64,000 bases of DNA from Anaerobutyricum sp. (GCA_045112755.1 JBGUIF010000095.1:384-64383), one strand, 5' to 3'. Counted from the stretch's first letter, positions 17,904 to 28,782 are shown. Made by a program: numbers and translations. The notes: generated by a model from the letters alone, not told the origin.

Positions 17904-19178
17904 TTATTCAGCCTCGATCTTAACAGTGATGGTCTCAAGACCTTCAAATGCTTCAAGGTCTTTCTTCTTCAGGATGATCTGCTCCATCTCGCCCGGTGCC
18001 ATAACAGGTCTCTTACGGTGCTGCTTTCTCTCGTCATTGAAGTAAACACCAATGTAGCTGTTCTTAAATACTGCACCGACACGGAAACGGACTGTCAGCT
18101 TATCTTCCATGTTATCTAAATGGATTGTGGTGGGAACTGTGTAGCGGGCTCCGTCAACTGCCTTGATCTCGATGACCTTGCCGCCCTTGGCAGCCTCAGC
18201 GCCATGACGGTCTTTCACGTACTTGGCAGCATTCTTGCCGGCTGCTGCTGCTTCCTCGGAAACATAGTCAACCAGGTCATGTACATGGAGAACGTTACCG
18301 CAGGCAAAGATACCTTCTACGTTGGTCTCCAGGCTCTCATCCACCAGCGGACCGTTGGTGATGCGGCTCATCTCTACTTCTGCCTGCTTGGAAAGCTCAT
18401 TTTCCGGAATCAGACCTACGGAGAGGAGCAGGGTATCACATTCATAGTGCTCTTCTGTTCCGGGGATCGGCTTGCGGTCAGGACCAACCTCAGCGATGGT
18501 AACACCGGTAAGACGATCCTTACCTTCGATGTCGATGACGGTATGGCTTAACTTCAGCGGAATACCGAAGTCGTCAAGACACTGCACGATATTTCTCTTC
18601 AGACCGCCGGAGTAAGGCATAACCTCTGCCACTACCTTAACCTCAGCACCCTCGAAGGTCATACGTCTTGCCATGATCAGTCCGATATCACCGGAACCTA
18701 AGATGACACACTTCTTACCAGGCATATAGCCTTCCATGTTAACCAGTCTCTGAGCTGTACCTGCAGAGTAGATACCTGCGGGACGATATCCGGGGATGTT
18801 CAGGGCACCACGCGGTCTCTCACGGCATCCCATAGCCAGGACAACAGCCTTTGCCTGATACTGAACCATACCTTCTTTGCGGTTCATCGTTGTCACAACC
18901 TTATCTTTGGAGATATCAACAACGATAGTGTTTAACTTGTACTCTACGTTGAGCTCTGCAGCCTGATCGATGAAACGCTGTGCGTATTCAGGACCTGTGA
19001 GCTCTTCCTTGAATGTGTGAAGACCGAAACCATTGTGGATACACTGATTCAGGATTCCACCAAGACGGTCATCTCTCTCGATCATTAAAATATTGTCAAC
19101 GCCCTCTTTCTTGGCGGCAATGGCAGCCGCAAGACCTGCAGGGCCTCCACCTACGACAATTACATCATAAGATTTCAT
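17904..19178 (-). CDS. NAD(P)/FAD-dependent (pyridine nucleotide-disulfide type) oxidoreductase
   Basis: YDVIVVGGGPAGLAAA and a second GSGDIGLIMA dinucleotide fold. Start set at the ATG at 19178, after GAGGAAG. Confidence 0.85.
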   Translation of the reverse strand: MKSYDVIVVGGGPAGLAAAIAAKKEGVDNILMIERDDRLGGILNQCIHNGFGLHTFKEELTGPEYAQRFIDQAAELNVEYKLNTIVVDISKDKVVTTMNRKEGMVQYQAKAVVLAMGCRERPRGALNIPGYRPAGIYSAGTAQRLVNMEGYMPGKKCVILGSGDIGLIMARRMTFEGAEVKVVAEVMPYSGGLKRNIVQCLDDFGIPLKLSHTVIDIEGKDRLTGVTIAEVGPDRKPIPGTEEHYECDTLLLSVGLIPENELSKQAEVEMSRITNGPLVDESLETNVEGIFACGNVLHVHDLVDYVSEEAAAAGKNAAKYVKDRHGAEAAKGGKVIEIKAVDGARYTVPTTIHLDNMEDKLTVRFRVGAVFKNSYIGVYFNDERKQHRKRPVMAPGEMEQIILKKKDLEAFEGLETITVKIEAE

Positions 19179-19240
19179 ATAGCACTTCCTCACTTTCCAC
19201 GGATCTGATAAGTCTCTTACTAACGCCTGTAAAACGTCTC

Positions 19241-20686
19241 TTATAAGTCTTCCTTAATCTTGCCAACGAGCAGCTCTGAACCTTTTACATTCTTCCTTAC
19301 TTCCGTCATCGGGATTCCAAGCTCTCTGGAAAGAATCTCCATGGTCTTCGGTGTACAGAAGCCTGCCTGACAACGTCCCATACCTGCGCGGGTACGACGC
19401 TTAACTGCATCCATGGATTTTGCGCCAACCGGACGGTTGATGGCATCCACGATCTCACCCTCCGTAACCATCTCGCAGCGGCAGATGATATTTCCATACT
19501 GAGGATTCTTCTTGATCAGCTCATTCCTCTCTTCAAGGCTGAGCTGGTCCATCTTGATAAAGCCCTTTCTCTTGGCAACGAAATTGTCCTTCTTCGGGAA
19601 CTGGTACTTATCCTGGATCAGGCCTTCAATTCTCTCGGCAATTGCGGGGGCACTGGTAAGACCTGGGGACTCGATACCTGCTGCATCGAAGAATCCGGGA
19701 GCGTCTGCCACTTCCTCAATGATGAATTCATGGTTGGCTTCGTGAGCACGAAGACCTGCGAAAGATGTGATAACTTTGCCCATGGGAAGTACATCCTTGG
19801 TGAGGTAGCTGTGCTGTGCCTTGTATACGAGATCGTCGATGATCTCCTGTGTGGTGTTGGTTGCCTCCTTATCCTCGATATCCGTTGCGGAAGGTCCTAC
19901 AAACAGATTGCCGTGGATTGTGGGGGCAGTCAGGATACCCTTGCCCATCTTGCCGGGCAGCGGGAATACTGTTGCGTTGAAATAATCGCCAAGTTCGTGA
20001 TCCATGAGGAGATACTCGCCGCGGCGGGCAATGATCTCCATCTTCTTGTCGCTGACAAAGTTGTGCATCTTGTCGGCGTAAACGCCGGCAGCGTTGACAA
20101 CAACCTTTGTCTCAAAAGCGCCCTTGTCTGTCTCAACGACATAATGGTCATCTTTTTTCACAATGTTAGTTACTTCTGTCTCAAGCTTGAACTCGCATCC
20201 ATTGACAGCTGCATTCTCTGCGAATGCCACGCACATGTTGAACGGATCCACCAGTCCGCCAGTGGGAACATAGAGTGCTGCCACTGCGTTCGGTGTCAGG
20301 TTCTTTTCCATAGCAAGGAGCTCTTCCTTCTCCACGATGCGGACACCGGGAACACCATTATCAATACCCTGCTGAAGGAGAACATCCAGTTTGCCTCTCT
20401 CCTCAGGAACTGTGCAGACGATCAGGGATCCGTTTTTCTTTACCGGGAAATCCAGCTCCTCTGCCAGCTGATACATAAGCTCATTACCGCGGACATTCAT
20501 CTTAGCCATCATGGTTCCGGGCTTACAATCATAACCGCCGTGAACGATCGCACTGTTGGCTTTTGAAGTTCCGGAACAAACGTCATCGCCTTTTTCAATC
20601 ACGCACATATTTACCTGATACTTTGACAGTGCTCTAGCGGTACACGCACCGGTAACACCAGCGCCAATTACAATAATGTCATACAT
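19241..20686 (-). CDS. FAD-dependent oxidoreductase, GlpA/LhgO-like, with C-terminal BFD-like [2Fe-2S] domain
   Basis: YDIIVIGAGVTGA DAO-type fold plus C-terminal CRCE...GRCQAGFC. Confidence 0.85.
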   Translation of the reverse strand: MYDIIVIGAGVTGACTARALSKYQVNMCVIEKGDDVCSGTSKANSAIVHGGYDCKPGTMMAKMNVRGNELMYQLAEELDFPVKKNGSLIVCTVPEERGKLDVLLQQGIDNGVPGVRIVEKEELLAMEKNLTPNAVAALYVPTGGLVDPFNMCVAFAENAAVNGCEFKLETEVTNIVKKDDHYVVETDKGAFETKVVVNAAGVYADKMHNFVSDKKMEIIARRGEYLLMDHELGDYFNATVFPLPGKMGKGILTAPTIHGNLFVGPSATDIEDKEATNTTQEIIDDLVYKAQHSYLTKDVLPMGKVITSFAGLRAHEANHEFIIEEVADAPGFFDAAGIESPGLTSAPAIAERIEGLIQDKYQFPKKDNFVAKRKGFIKMDQLSLEERNELIKKNPQYGNIICRCEMVTEGEIVDAINRPVGAKSMDAVKRRTRAGMGRCQAGFCTPKTMEILSRELGIPMTEVRKNVKGSELLVGKIKEDL

Positions 20687-20790
20687 ACCTTTTCATACCT
20701 CCATCAATATTGTCGCACATAATTGTACTGTTATTTTAACTCTTTTTATCAATTATGTAAATTGTGCATTTTCCACTATCTGTTTAACAA

Positions 20791-22176
20791 TCACCGTTCC
20801 TCCAGGTACTGATTCAGATATTCCTCCACCGACTCGCGCCGGTAATGTTCCGGAACCAGGGCATAAACCTTTTCGGCGTAGCCGGTCCTTCCGTCGGCCT
20901 CCCACACTTTGGCAGCCAGGGAAAACAGTTCGCTGTTGATATAAAAACCAATGTTTTCAGAGTAAAAATAGTCTGTCCTCTCCAGATAGTCTTCGAGAAG
21001 CTGTCTGAGTTCCTCTGTATCCTCCCGGTTCCCGGCGTCCCGGATCTCTTCCATTCTGTCTTTGAGCATCATCCAGACGTCAATCCGGTCCACGGATCTC
21101 CTGATTTCCAGGAAATCCATGAGCGTTTCCTTTTCCAGGGGGCTGTGAACTTCATACATCCACTGGGTGTAGTCCCGCCGGTCCATGATGATTTCTTTGA
21201 GGACCGGTCTGTCCTCCCCCAGGAATTCCAGATAGTCTTCATAGGGACATTCCGTATCCCAGATCAGCCTCAGCCTCTCCGTTCCCGAGAGATACCTCTC
21301 CACGGACCGGGTCTTCCATTTTGCCCCGTACATTTTCTTCATGTAGCCTTCGTAATCTCCGGCAACCCAGTAGGTATGTCCCTCAAAGCTGACCTGGCCG
21401 GGATTCTGATAAAGAGAAGGGGAGAAAGCGAATCTGTGTCCCGGTCTGGTGACATAGATCTGTTCCTTTCCTCCTTTCTTTGCCAATGCTATATTCTGCC
21501 GCAGAACCCAGCGGGCTGTTCTTTTCTTTCCGGTCAGAGCACAGCGGATCCAGCCTTTTCTTAAACCACCGGCAAATCTGGTAATCTCTTTGATTCTGGG
21601 TTCCTGGTATTCCTCAATGGCTGCTTTTTCGCCCTTTCTCTGAACACATTCATACATTTTTTTGAGATCTGCAGCAGAGTATTTAGGCTTTCTTCCGGTG
21701 CTGTTCAGATACTGAATATAGCGCTCCGCGCTGATGTTTGCATCGTCTGCCCTGGATGGTCTTGTCACAAAGATGGTGACAGCCACGCCGGGCTTTAAGT
21801 AGTAGTCCCCCACAGTCCCGTCGATCAGCAGGCTCTTTTTGTCTACAAAGCGGAAAATCATCTGCCGCAGCGCCTCATTGTCCTCCCAGGATTCCATGGT
21901 CCTGGTGTCAGACATGTTTTCCTCCACATACTGCCTGAGTTTCACCACATCCAGCAGGGGCATCATAATCTCAAAGGTGTACTCATCTTCCTGAAAATGT
22001 CCATAGGCCCTGGCCATTCCGGCCGTCTTTCCAAATAAAATGTAATGCAGGCCTTTTTTAGTACAGATCTCATGGATATCATCCATCAGTTCGAGGAGCC
22101 TCTGCTGAACCTTGGTAGGTTCTCTTTTTTGACTGCCGGTCAGATCAGCGGTCGTCTGATTCATCTGATTCATCAT
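20791..22176 (-). CDS. LicD-like protein with degenerate active-site motif plus a helical C-terminal domain
   Basis: N-terminal region colinear with the neighbouring LicD, but GTMLGAVRH/IPWDDDAD is replaced by GKTAGMARAYGH/FQEDEYTFE. Start set at the ATG at 22176, after GGGAGGGGAG. Confidence 0.7.
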   Translation of the reverse strand: MMNQMNQTTADLTGSQKREPTKVQQRLLELMDDIHEICTKKGLHYILFGKTAGMARAYGHFQEDEYTFEIMMPLLDVVKLRQYVEENMSDTRTMESWEDNEALRQMIFRFVDKKSLLIDGTVGDYYLKPGVAVTIFVTRPSRADDANISAERYIQYLNSTGRKPKYSAADLKKMYECVQRKGEKAAIEEYQEPRIKEITRFAGGLRKGWIRCALTGKKRTARWVLRQNIALAKKGGKEQIYVTRPGHRFAFSPSLYQNPGQVSFEGHTYWVAGDYEGYMKKMYGAKWKTRSVERYLSGTERLRLIWDTECPYEDYLEFLGEDRPVLKEIIMDRRDYTQWMYEVHSPLEKETLMDFLEIRRSVDRIDVWMMLKDRMEEIRDAGNREDTEELRQLLEDYLERTDYFYSENIGFYINSELFSLAAKVWEADGRTGYAEKVYALVPEHYRRESVEEYLNQYLEER

Positions 22177-23887
22177 AACTCCCCTCCCATCTTCCACTGG
22201 ATTTAATCTCATGCTGCAGCAGACCGTTCAAGGACCAGGTCATAATCCTGTCATAGCAGGCTGCAGCCCTCTCCTTCTCTCCAAGCATCCAGTCCATGTC
22301 TGCCAGAAGTTTCAGGCAGTGGTCTTCGTTTTTACCGGTAAATTCTTTTTCTTCTCCGGAAATCTGCCCGTTCCTTTCTGTGTCTTCCAGGTCTTTCCTG
22401 TCAATGTTTAAGCTCCAGCCGGCAAGTTCTTCCATGCCCCGCCGGTAGAGATCCTCAATCTGGCTTCGGAGCTTGAGGGCCTCCTCCCTGTTCCCGACTT
22501 TTTTTGTAAGGATATCCAGCCGGTAGAGTTTGAGATCTCTGCTGTGGGGATAAATCTTTAAAGACGCATCCGCCAGCTCCAGCGCTTCATCCAGCCGACC
22601 ATAAACAATGCGGGCCCTCACCTCCCGGACAGCCAGCACCAGATTCCAGATTTCCTGAATCTTCGGCGACAGAGGAATCTGATTTTCATCCCAGAGCCGG
22701 ATGATTTTGTTGATGCTGTTCAAATCACCCCGATTGTAGGCCAGATTAAAAAGGGCCGCATATTCCAGCCTGTCTCCCAGATTCATGGCAACTTTCCAGG
22801 AGCGTACACTGGCGTCCAGCTGAATCTCATAGTAGTCGGAAAAGAGATCATCAAGAATGCGCATTTTCTCAGGACTCTCCGGATCCAGACAGGCCTCCAG
22901 ATCAATCTTTTCCCTGGCGATCCGCTTACTGATTTTCATCAGCTCATATCTGCCGTACTGTGTGAAAAACTTTTTATTCCAGAGGGTATATTTATAGCCG
23001 TCATCCACATCCGCCCGCTTAAAGTCGAGTCTTTTCTTCAGCAGCGCATCTTTGTCAATAAAGCGCATGTAATCATTGACGTAGACGTCTGCTCCCAGCC
23101 CGGAATGGGACATTTTACTGTGACCCTTTTTGTGGTCCGGAATCATGTTCCAGGTGTCACCGTAGTAGGTGTAAAGCAGTTCCACATAGCCGCCGGCGAT
23201 GGGGAATTTCCTTCCTTCAAAGTCTGCCATATAGACTGTATCATAACTTTTTTTCGGCACGATGGAGGGCGGCCCGTACATTCTGGCAGAGCAGCTGATA
23301 TAGGTGTCGCAGTCGTCATAATGCTTATGGAAAATATTTGCCTCAATCTCCCGAAGAGTCTGTTCTCTCCCGACTTTCTTCTCCCGGTCCAGAAAACTCT
23401 GGTAGATCTTGTAGATACTGTCTGTTTTCAGCCGAAAATGCCGGAAACTGGCATTGACATACTCATCGTAAGCAAAATAATAGTCGATGGCTTCCTGTTT
23501 TTTCACCGGATCTCCGGGGAGTTCCAGCAGATAGAAGACATCGATACACTGGCCGCAGATGGGCTTCCAGAACTCTGATTTTTCTCCGACTCTGGCGGTG
23601 GTCACATCATTGTATCTGCCAAAGACCGTCGGGAACTCCCGGTCAAGCCGCACATCATTGTAAACCCGGACGGACGGGTCCAGTTCCCGTTTGCAGGCCT
23701 CCACCCACTTATAATAGTTTTCTTCCGTCAATGTAATATCTGCATCGTCATCCCAGGGAATGAAGCCGTCATGCCGGACGGCCCCCAGCATGGTTCCGAA
23801 ATCGATAAAATATTCGATGTCGTTTCTAACACAGATGTCATCAATTTCTCCCAGGAGTTTCAGGAGATGTTCCTGTGTAGGTGTCAT
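22145..23887 (-). CDS. LicD-family phosphotransferase fused to a TPR-like helical repeat domain
   Basis: LicD signature FGTMLGAVRHDGFIPWDDDADI. The C-terminal half (about 300 aa) is helical-repeat-like with an acidic tail. Confidence 0.8.
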   Translation of the reverse strand: MTPTQEHLLKLLGEIDDICVRNDIEYFIDFGTMLGAVRHDGFIPWDDDADITLTEENYYKWVEACKRELDPSVRVYNDVRLDREFPTVFGRYNDVTTARVGEKSEFWKPICGQCIDVFYLLELPGDPVKKQEAIDYYFAYDEYVNASFRHFRLKTDSIYKIYQSFLDREKKVGREQTLREIEANIFHKHYDDCDTYISCSARMYGPPSIVPKKSYDTVYMADFEGRKFPIAGGYVELLYTYYGDTWNMIPDHKKGHSKMSHSGLGADVYVNDYMRFIDKDALLKKRLDFKRADVDDGYKYTLWNKKFFTQYGRYELMKISKRIAREKIDLEACLDPESPEKMRILDDLFSDYYEIQLDASVRSWKVAMNLGDRLEYAALFNLAYNRGDLNSINKIIRLWDENQIPLSPKIQEIWNLVLAVREVRARIVYGRLDEALELADASLKIYPHSRDLKLYRLDILTKKVGNREEALKLRSQIEDLYRRGMEELAGWSLNIDRKDLEDTERNGQISGEEKEFTGKNEDHCLKLLADMDWMLGEKERAAACYDRIMTWSLNGLLQHEIKSSGRWEGSYDESDESDDR

Positions 23888-23956
23888 AGTTACTTCCTTT
23901 CTATTCTCAATGATTCTCTATCTATTTCTGAAAATATGATTAAGCAATTTGCAGAT

Positions 23957-23965
23957 ATTATAACA
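23957..23965 (-). promoter_or_regulatory. extended -10 element upstream of the LicD genes
   Basis: On the minus strand, TGTTATAAT about 70 nt upstream of the LicD ATG, just after the secY terminator. Confidence 0.35.
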
Positions 23966-24040
23966 TAGAATAAGTTTTTCAAAAACAGATTTCCTTATAC
24001 AGACAGGAAAACCCTGCTGCAAAAAAATTTCCGGCGAAAA

Positions 24041-24090
24041 TAAAAACCGGTCTCCCGGAGCCGCCTTTGCAGGCTGTCCCGGGAGACCGG
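24041..24090 (-). terminator. intrinsic terminator after secY
   Basis: 12-bp stem CCGGTCTCCCGG/CCGGGAGACCGG followed by TTTTTAT on the minus strand. Confidence 0.85.
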
Positions 24091-24106
24091 TTAAACATCG
24101 TCATAT

Positions 24107-25423
24107 CTATTCAGTTAAAAAACCAGAATAATGCCTTACAAGCATCTGTGATTCTATCTGTTTCAGTGTCTCAAGAATAACACCTGCAACAATGATGATT
24201 GATGTTCCACCAAAGGAAACATGTGCTCCAAAAAATCCATTGAAGAAAATCGGAATCACTGCGATAATGCAGAGACCGACGGCTCCAATAAAGATGATGT
24301 AACCGAGAATGGAGGTCAGATAGTCTGTGGTGGGCTTTCCAGGACGGATGCCGGGAATAAACCCTCCCTGCTTCTTCATATTGTTTGATATTTCCAGCGG
24401 ATTAAAAGTAATCGAAGTATAGAAATAAGCAAACAGAACAATAAGAATCAGGTAAATCACCAAACCAATTGAGTAGGACCATTTCTCCGGATTACACCAG
24501 TTCGACTGATTGATCGCATTAAAGAAAAATCCTGCAGCTCCTCCAGGGTTTGCTCCGAGGAGATTCTTGATCACCAGCGGAAACTGAAGTAAAGATGAAG
24601 CAAAGATCACCGGAATGACGTTTGCAGTATTGACTTTAATGGGCAGTATGGAAGCCTGGGCCCCACTAAACTGCTGTCTGCCCTGAATCTTTCTGGAATA
24701 CTGTACCGGAATCCTGCGCTCTGCATCGTTTAACAGGATGGTGAGCGTGATGGTTCCGATAATGACAAAAAGAATAATCGCTGTAGCAATTACAATTGTT
24801 CCAATCTGCTGACCGAAAATAAACTTCTGCGCAAGATTGTAGAGGTCTCCCGGCATACGGGATACAATATTAACCAAAAGGATAATAGAGATACCGTTGC
24901 CGATTCCCTTGTCCGTAATCTGTTCGCCAAGCCACATAACAAAGATGGAACCTGCCGTCAGACAGACAATCATCTCAATCGTTGTCAGCGCAGTGTTGTT
25001 TGTAATCAATCCCTGACGTCCAAATCCGATGGCCAGTCCTGTACTCTCCAGAAGAGACAACCCCAGAGTCAGTAACCTGGTGATATTCTCTACCTTCTTA
25101 CGTCCATCCTCACCATCCCTGTACATCTCTTCCAGTGAAGGAATGGCGATGGTCAGAAGCTGAATGATGATGGATGATGTAATGTATGGAGTAACATTAA
25201 GGGCAAAGAGTGACATGGATTCAAAGGATCCGCCGGTAAATGAATTCAGCAGATTGAAAGAATCACCCAGTAAAGTATCTAAATACTTACTGATCTGGGC
25301 ACTGTCAATCCCGGGAACCGGAAGCTGACAGCCCAGCCGCGTAATCACGATAATAAATAATGTAAAACGCAGCCTTATTCTAATATCCTTCACTTTCAGA
25401 GCATTTCTGAGAGTTTCGAACAT
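24107..25423 (-). CDS. secY: preprotein translocase subunit SecY
   Basis: 438-aa 10-TM ORF in the canonical position after rplO. Confidence 0.97.
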   Translation of the reverse strand: MFETLRNALKVKDIRIRLRFTLFIIVITRLGCQLPVPGIDSAQISKYLDTLLGDSFNLLNSFTGGSFESMSLFALNVTPYITSSIIIQLLTIAIPSLEEMYRDGEDGRKKVENITRLLTLGLSLLESTGLAIGFGRQGLITNNTALTTIEMIVCLTAGSIFVMWLGEQITDKGIGNGISIILLVNIVSRMPGDLYNLAQKFIFGQQIGTIVIATAIILFVIIGTITLTILLNDAERRIPVQYSRKIQGRQQFSGAQASILPIKVNTANVIPVIFASSLLQFPLVIKNLLGANPGGAAGFFFNAINQSNWCNPEKWSYSIGLVIYLILIVLFAYFYTSITFNPLEISNNMKKQGGFIPGIRPGKPTTDYLTSILGYIIFIGAVGLCIIAVIPIFFNGFFGAHVSFGGTSIIIVAGVILETLKQIESQMLVRHYSGFLTE

Positions 25424-25866
25424 TAAATCACCTCAGCTTTTCCACCGGCAGCCTCAATTTTGGCAGCTGCAGTCTTGGAAAACTTATTGACCTGCACGGT
25501 AAGTGCCTTGCTGATCTCGCCATTACCAAGAATCTTAACGCCGTCAAAGCTGTTCTTTACCAGTCCTTTTTCTCTTAAAGCGTCAACAGTAACTACAGAA
25601 CCTGCCTCGAATACCTCAAGACGAGATACATCGACATTGACAATCTTTTTAGCATTGATGCACTTGAAGCCTCTCTTGGGAAGTCTTCTGTATAAAGGCA
25701 TCTGGCCACCTTCAAAGCCGATCCTTGTACGTCCGCCTGAACGGGATTTCTGACCCTTCTGTCCTCTGCCTGCAGTCTTTCCGTTTCCTGAACCATGTCC
25801 GCGGCCTACACGGAAAGCGTCGCTGTGCTTAGAACCTGCAGCAGGATGTAAATTTGATAAATCCAT
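25423..25866 (-). CDS. rplO: 50S ribosomal protein L15
   Basis: Start set at [14 protein letters not shown], which is preceded by AAGGAGGT. Confidence 0.95.
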   Translation of the reverse strand: MDLSNLHPAAGSKHSDAFRVGRGHGSGNGKTAGRGQKGQKSRSGGRTRIGFEGGQMPLYRRLPKRGFKCINAKKIVNVDVSRLEVFEAGSVVTVDALREKGLVKNSFDGVKILGNGEISKALTVQVNKFSKTAAAKIEAAGGKAEVI

Positions 25867-25887
25867 TGTGTACCTCCTTATCTGCAA

Positions 25888-26070
25888 TTATATCTCTTCA
25901 ACTTTTACGAGATGTCTTACATGCCAGATCATTCCACGAATTGCATCATTATCAGGCATTTCCACTGTCTTATTAACCTTGCGAAGTCCCAATGCTTCAA
26001 CCGTTTTTCTCTGCTTCGGAACAGCACCGATCGGGGACTTTACTAATGTGATTTTTAATTTATCTGCCAT
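25888..26070 (-). CDS. rpmD: 50S ribosomal protein L30
   Basis: 60 aa, [10 protein letters not shown] motif. Confidence 0.95.
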   Translation of the reverse strand: MADKLKITLVKSPIGAVPKQRKTVEALGLRKVNKTVEMPDNDAIRGMIWHVRHLVKVEEI

Positions 26071-26084
26071 TTTTTTGTCCTCCT

Positions 26085-26588
26085 TTACAGTTCGTCCACG
26101 GATTTGCCACGGAGTCTTGCAACTTCCTCGGGTGTCTTGATATTCTTAAGACCCTCGATGGTAGCCAGGACTACGTTCTGCTTATTATTGGAACCTAAAG
26201 CCTTGGAACGGATATTCTTATATCCAGCAAGCTCCAGTACCGCACGGGAAGGTCCGCCGGCGATGATACCGGTACCTTCTTTCGATGCTTTCAGAAGAAC
26301 CTCTGCACTTCCGAACTTTCCAATAAAGTCATGAGGGATGGATCCGGACTCGTTGATCGGAACCTTGACCAGTTTCTTCATAGCGTCTTCTTTGCCCTTG
26401 CGGATTGCTTCCGGGATTTCGATTGCTTTTCCTAAACCGGCACCTACATGACCGTTTTTATCACCAACGACTACCAGTGCAGCAAAGCGCATGTTACGTC
26501 CACCCTTAACAACCTTGGTTACACGCTTGATCGCCACAACATTCTCTTCTAATTCTAACTGACTGGCATCAATTAATTCACGCCTCAT
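26085..26588 (-). CDS. rpsE: 30S ribosomal protein S5
   Basis: 167 aa, [14 protein letters not shown] motif. Confidence 0.97.
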   Translation of the reverse strand: MRRELIDASQLELEENVVAIKRVTKVVKGGRNMRFAALVVVGDKNGHVGAGLGKAIEIPEAIRKGKEDAMKKLVKVPINESGSIPHDFIGKFGSAEVLLKASKEGTGIIAGGPSRAVLELAGYKNIRSKALGSNNKQNVVLATIEGLKNIKTPEEVARLRGKSVDEL

Positions 26589-26604
26589 GTTTTATCCTCC
26601 TTGC

Positions 26605-26973
26605 TTAGAAATTCAGACCAGCTTCACGGGCTGCATCTGCCAGAGCCTTGATCTTGCCCTGATAAATGAATCCGCCTCTGTCAAAGACTACTGATGTAAT
26701 ACCTGCCTCAACGGCTCTCTTACCGATTACTGTTCCAAGATATGCTGCTGCAGCAACATCATTGGTCTTCTCAAGCTCTGCCTTAACCTCTTTCTGCACG
26801 GTGGAAGCTGATACAAGAGTCTTGCCTTCGGTATCATCAATAATCTGGGCGTACATATGATTGTTACTTCTGAAAACTGCTAAACGTGGAGTAGAAGCTG
26901 TGCCGTTTACACGATTACGGATTCTTCTATGTTTTTTAGCACGAAGTTCACTTCTTGATCTCTTACTAATCAT
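26605..26973 (-). CDS. rplR: 50S ribosomal protein L18
   Basis: 122 aa, [17 protein letters not shown] motif. Confidence 0.97.
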   Translation of the reverse strand: MISKRSRSELRAKKHRRIRNRVNGTASTPRLAVFRSNNHMYAQIIDDTEGKTLVSASTVQKEVKAELEKTNDVAAAAYLGTVIGKRAVEAGITSVVFDRGGFIYQGKIKALADAAREAGLNF

Positions 26974-26992
26974 TCTTACGACCTCCTAATTA

Positions 26993-27532
26993 TTACTTAC
27001 CTGTCTTGCCGACTTTACGTCTGATTACTTCATCAGCATACTTGATTCCCTTGCCCTTGTACGGCTCAGGTCTTCTCTTGTCTCTGATTTCAGCTGCGTA
27101 CTGGCCGACCTTCTGCTTGCTAATACCCTTGATCGTAATCTTGTTCTGTCCTTCCAATACAGTCTCAAGACCTTCCGGATCGATCATCTCTACCGGATGT
27201 GAATATCCCAGAGAAAGAACAAGTTTCTTTCCCTGCTTCTGTGCTCTGTAACCAACACCATTGATCTCGAGAACTTTCTGATATCCCTTCGTAACTCCTG
27301 TTACCATATTTGCAATCAGAGTTCTTGTCAGACCATGATAGGATTTCATCTTCTTTAAATCATTAGGTCTTGTGACAACAACCTGATTATTTTCTACTTT
27401 AATGTCCATCTCAACAGGAAGACTTTCGGAAAGTGTTCCTAAAGGACCCTTTACAGTCACAACATTATTCTCTGCGATCGTTACCTCAACGCCTGCAGGA
27501 ATCTCAACTGGTAATCTACCAATTCGTGACAT
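26993..27532 (-). CDS. rplF: 50S ribosomal protein L6
   Basis: 179 aa, [15 protein letters not shown] start. Confidence 0.97.
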   Translation of the reverse strand: MSRIGRLPVEIPAGVEVTIAENNVVTVKGPLGTLSESLPVEMDIKVENNQVVVTRPNDLKKMKSYHGLTRTLIANMVTGVTKGYQKVLEINGVGYRAQKQGKKLVLSLGYSHPVEMIDPEGLETVLEGQNKITIKGISKQKVGQYAAEIRDKRRPEPYKGKGIKYADEVIRRKVGKTGK

Positions 27533-27612
27533 ATTGCACCTCCTTAAATTGTCGGAAAAGAATCTGATTCTTTTCTGTTTTCAGTAGTATGAATAATAAT
27601 CTTTTTATAAAA

Positions 27613-28014
27613 TTACCAGACGAATGCAAGTACTTCGCCGCCAACGTTCATGGCGCGGGCCTCTTTATCTGTCACAACGCCTTTGTTGGTTGAGATAATC
27701 GCAACACCGAGGCCGCCCAGAACCTTGGGCATATTCTCTACGTCAGCGTACACACGAAGACCAGGCTTGGAGATTCTCTTCAGACCGGAGATAATCTTCT
27801 CATTCTTATCTGCACCATATTTTAAGGTGATCTTGATGGTCTTAAATCTGCCATCTTCCACGATATCGTAACTCTTGATGTATCCTTCCTTTAAAAGGAT
27901 CTGCGCGATCGCTTCCTTAATTTTTGATGCCGGAACATCAACTGTATCATGTTTTGCAGTGTTGGCATTACGGATTCTTGTAAGCATATCTGCAATAGGA
28001 TCACTCATTGTCAT
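27613..28014 (-). CDS. rpsH: 30S ribosomal protein S8
   Basis: 133 aa, [13 protein letters not shown] motif. Confidence 0.97.
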   Translation of the reverse strand: MTMSDPIADMLTRIRNANTAKHDTVDVPASKIKEAIAQILLKEGYIKSYDIVEDGRFKTIKITLKYGADKNEKIISGLKRISKPGLRVYADVENMPKVLGGLGVAIISTNKGVVTDKEARAMNVGGEVLAFVW

Positions 28015-28041
28015 AGTCGTTTGCCTCCTTCCTAATCTATC

Positions 28042-28227
28042 TTACCAGCTTGCTTTTCTGACACCAGGAATCTGGCCCTTGTAAGCCAGTTCACGGAAAC
28101 AGATTCTGCAGATTCCGTATTTTCTTAAATAAGCGTGTGGACGACCACAGATCTTGCAGCGGGTATATTCTCTTGTAGAGAATTTCTGCTTGCGCTGCTG
28201 TTTAATTTTCATTGCTTTTTTAGCCAT
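28042..28227 (-). CDS. rpsN: 30S ribosomal protein S14 type Z (zinc-binding)
   Basis: 61 aa with CKICGR...CRIC. Confidence 0.96.
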   Translation of the reverse strand: MAKKAMKIKQQRKQKFSTREYTRCKICGRPHAYLRKYGICRICFRELAYKGQIPGVRKASW

Positions 28228-28242
28228 GGGAAATCCTCCTGA

Positions 28243-28782
28243 TTATTTAGCGTAAGGCATACCGAACAGCCTCAGTAATTCACGTGCCTCTTCATCTGTC
28301 TTGGCAGTTGTAACAAAGATTACGTCCATTCCTCTAACCTTCTCCACCTTATCGTACTCGATCTCGGGGAAGATCAGCTGCTCTTTTAATCCCAGAGCAT
28401 AGTTTCCTCTTCCGTCAAAAGCGTTGGGATTTACGCCGCGGAAGTCACGTACTCGCGGAAGAGCCAGGTTGATCAGACGATCAGCAAACTCATACATTTT
28501 CTCGCCGCGGAGTGTGGTCTTACAACCGATAGCCATACCTTCTCTTAACTTGAAGTTAGCTACAGACTTTTTAGCCTTTGTGATTACTGCTTTCTGGCCG
28601 GTGATGATCTCCATATCCTTAACAGCAGCATCAAGAATCTTACTATTATCCTTCGCATCACCAACGCCCATGTTCACAACGATCTTTGCGAGCTTTGGAA
28701 TCTGCATCTCATTTTTATAGCCGAATTTTTTCATCATGGCAGCTTTGATTTCGCTGTCATACTGTTCTTTCAGTCTACTCAT
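28243..28782 (-). CDS. rplE: 50S ribosomal protein L5
   Basis: 179 aa in the canonical spc order. Confidence 0.97.
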   Translation of the reverse strand: MSRLKEQYDSEIKAAMMKKFGYKNEMQIPKLAKIVVNMGVGDAKDNSKILDAAVKDMEIITGQKAVITKAKKSVANFKLREGMAIGCKTTLRGEKMYEFADRLINLALPRVRDFRGVNPNAFDGRGNYALGLKEQLIFPEIEYDKVEKVRGMDVIFVTTAKTDEEARELLRLFGMPYAK

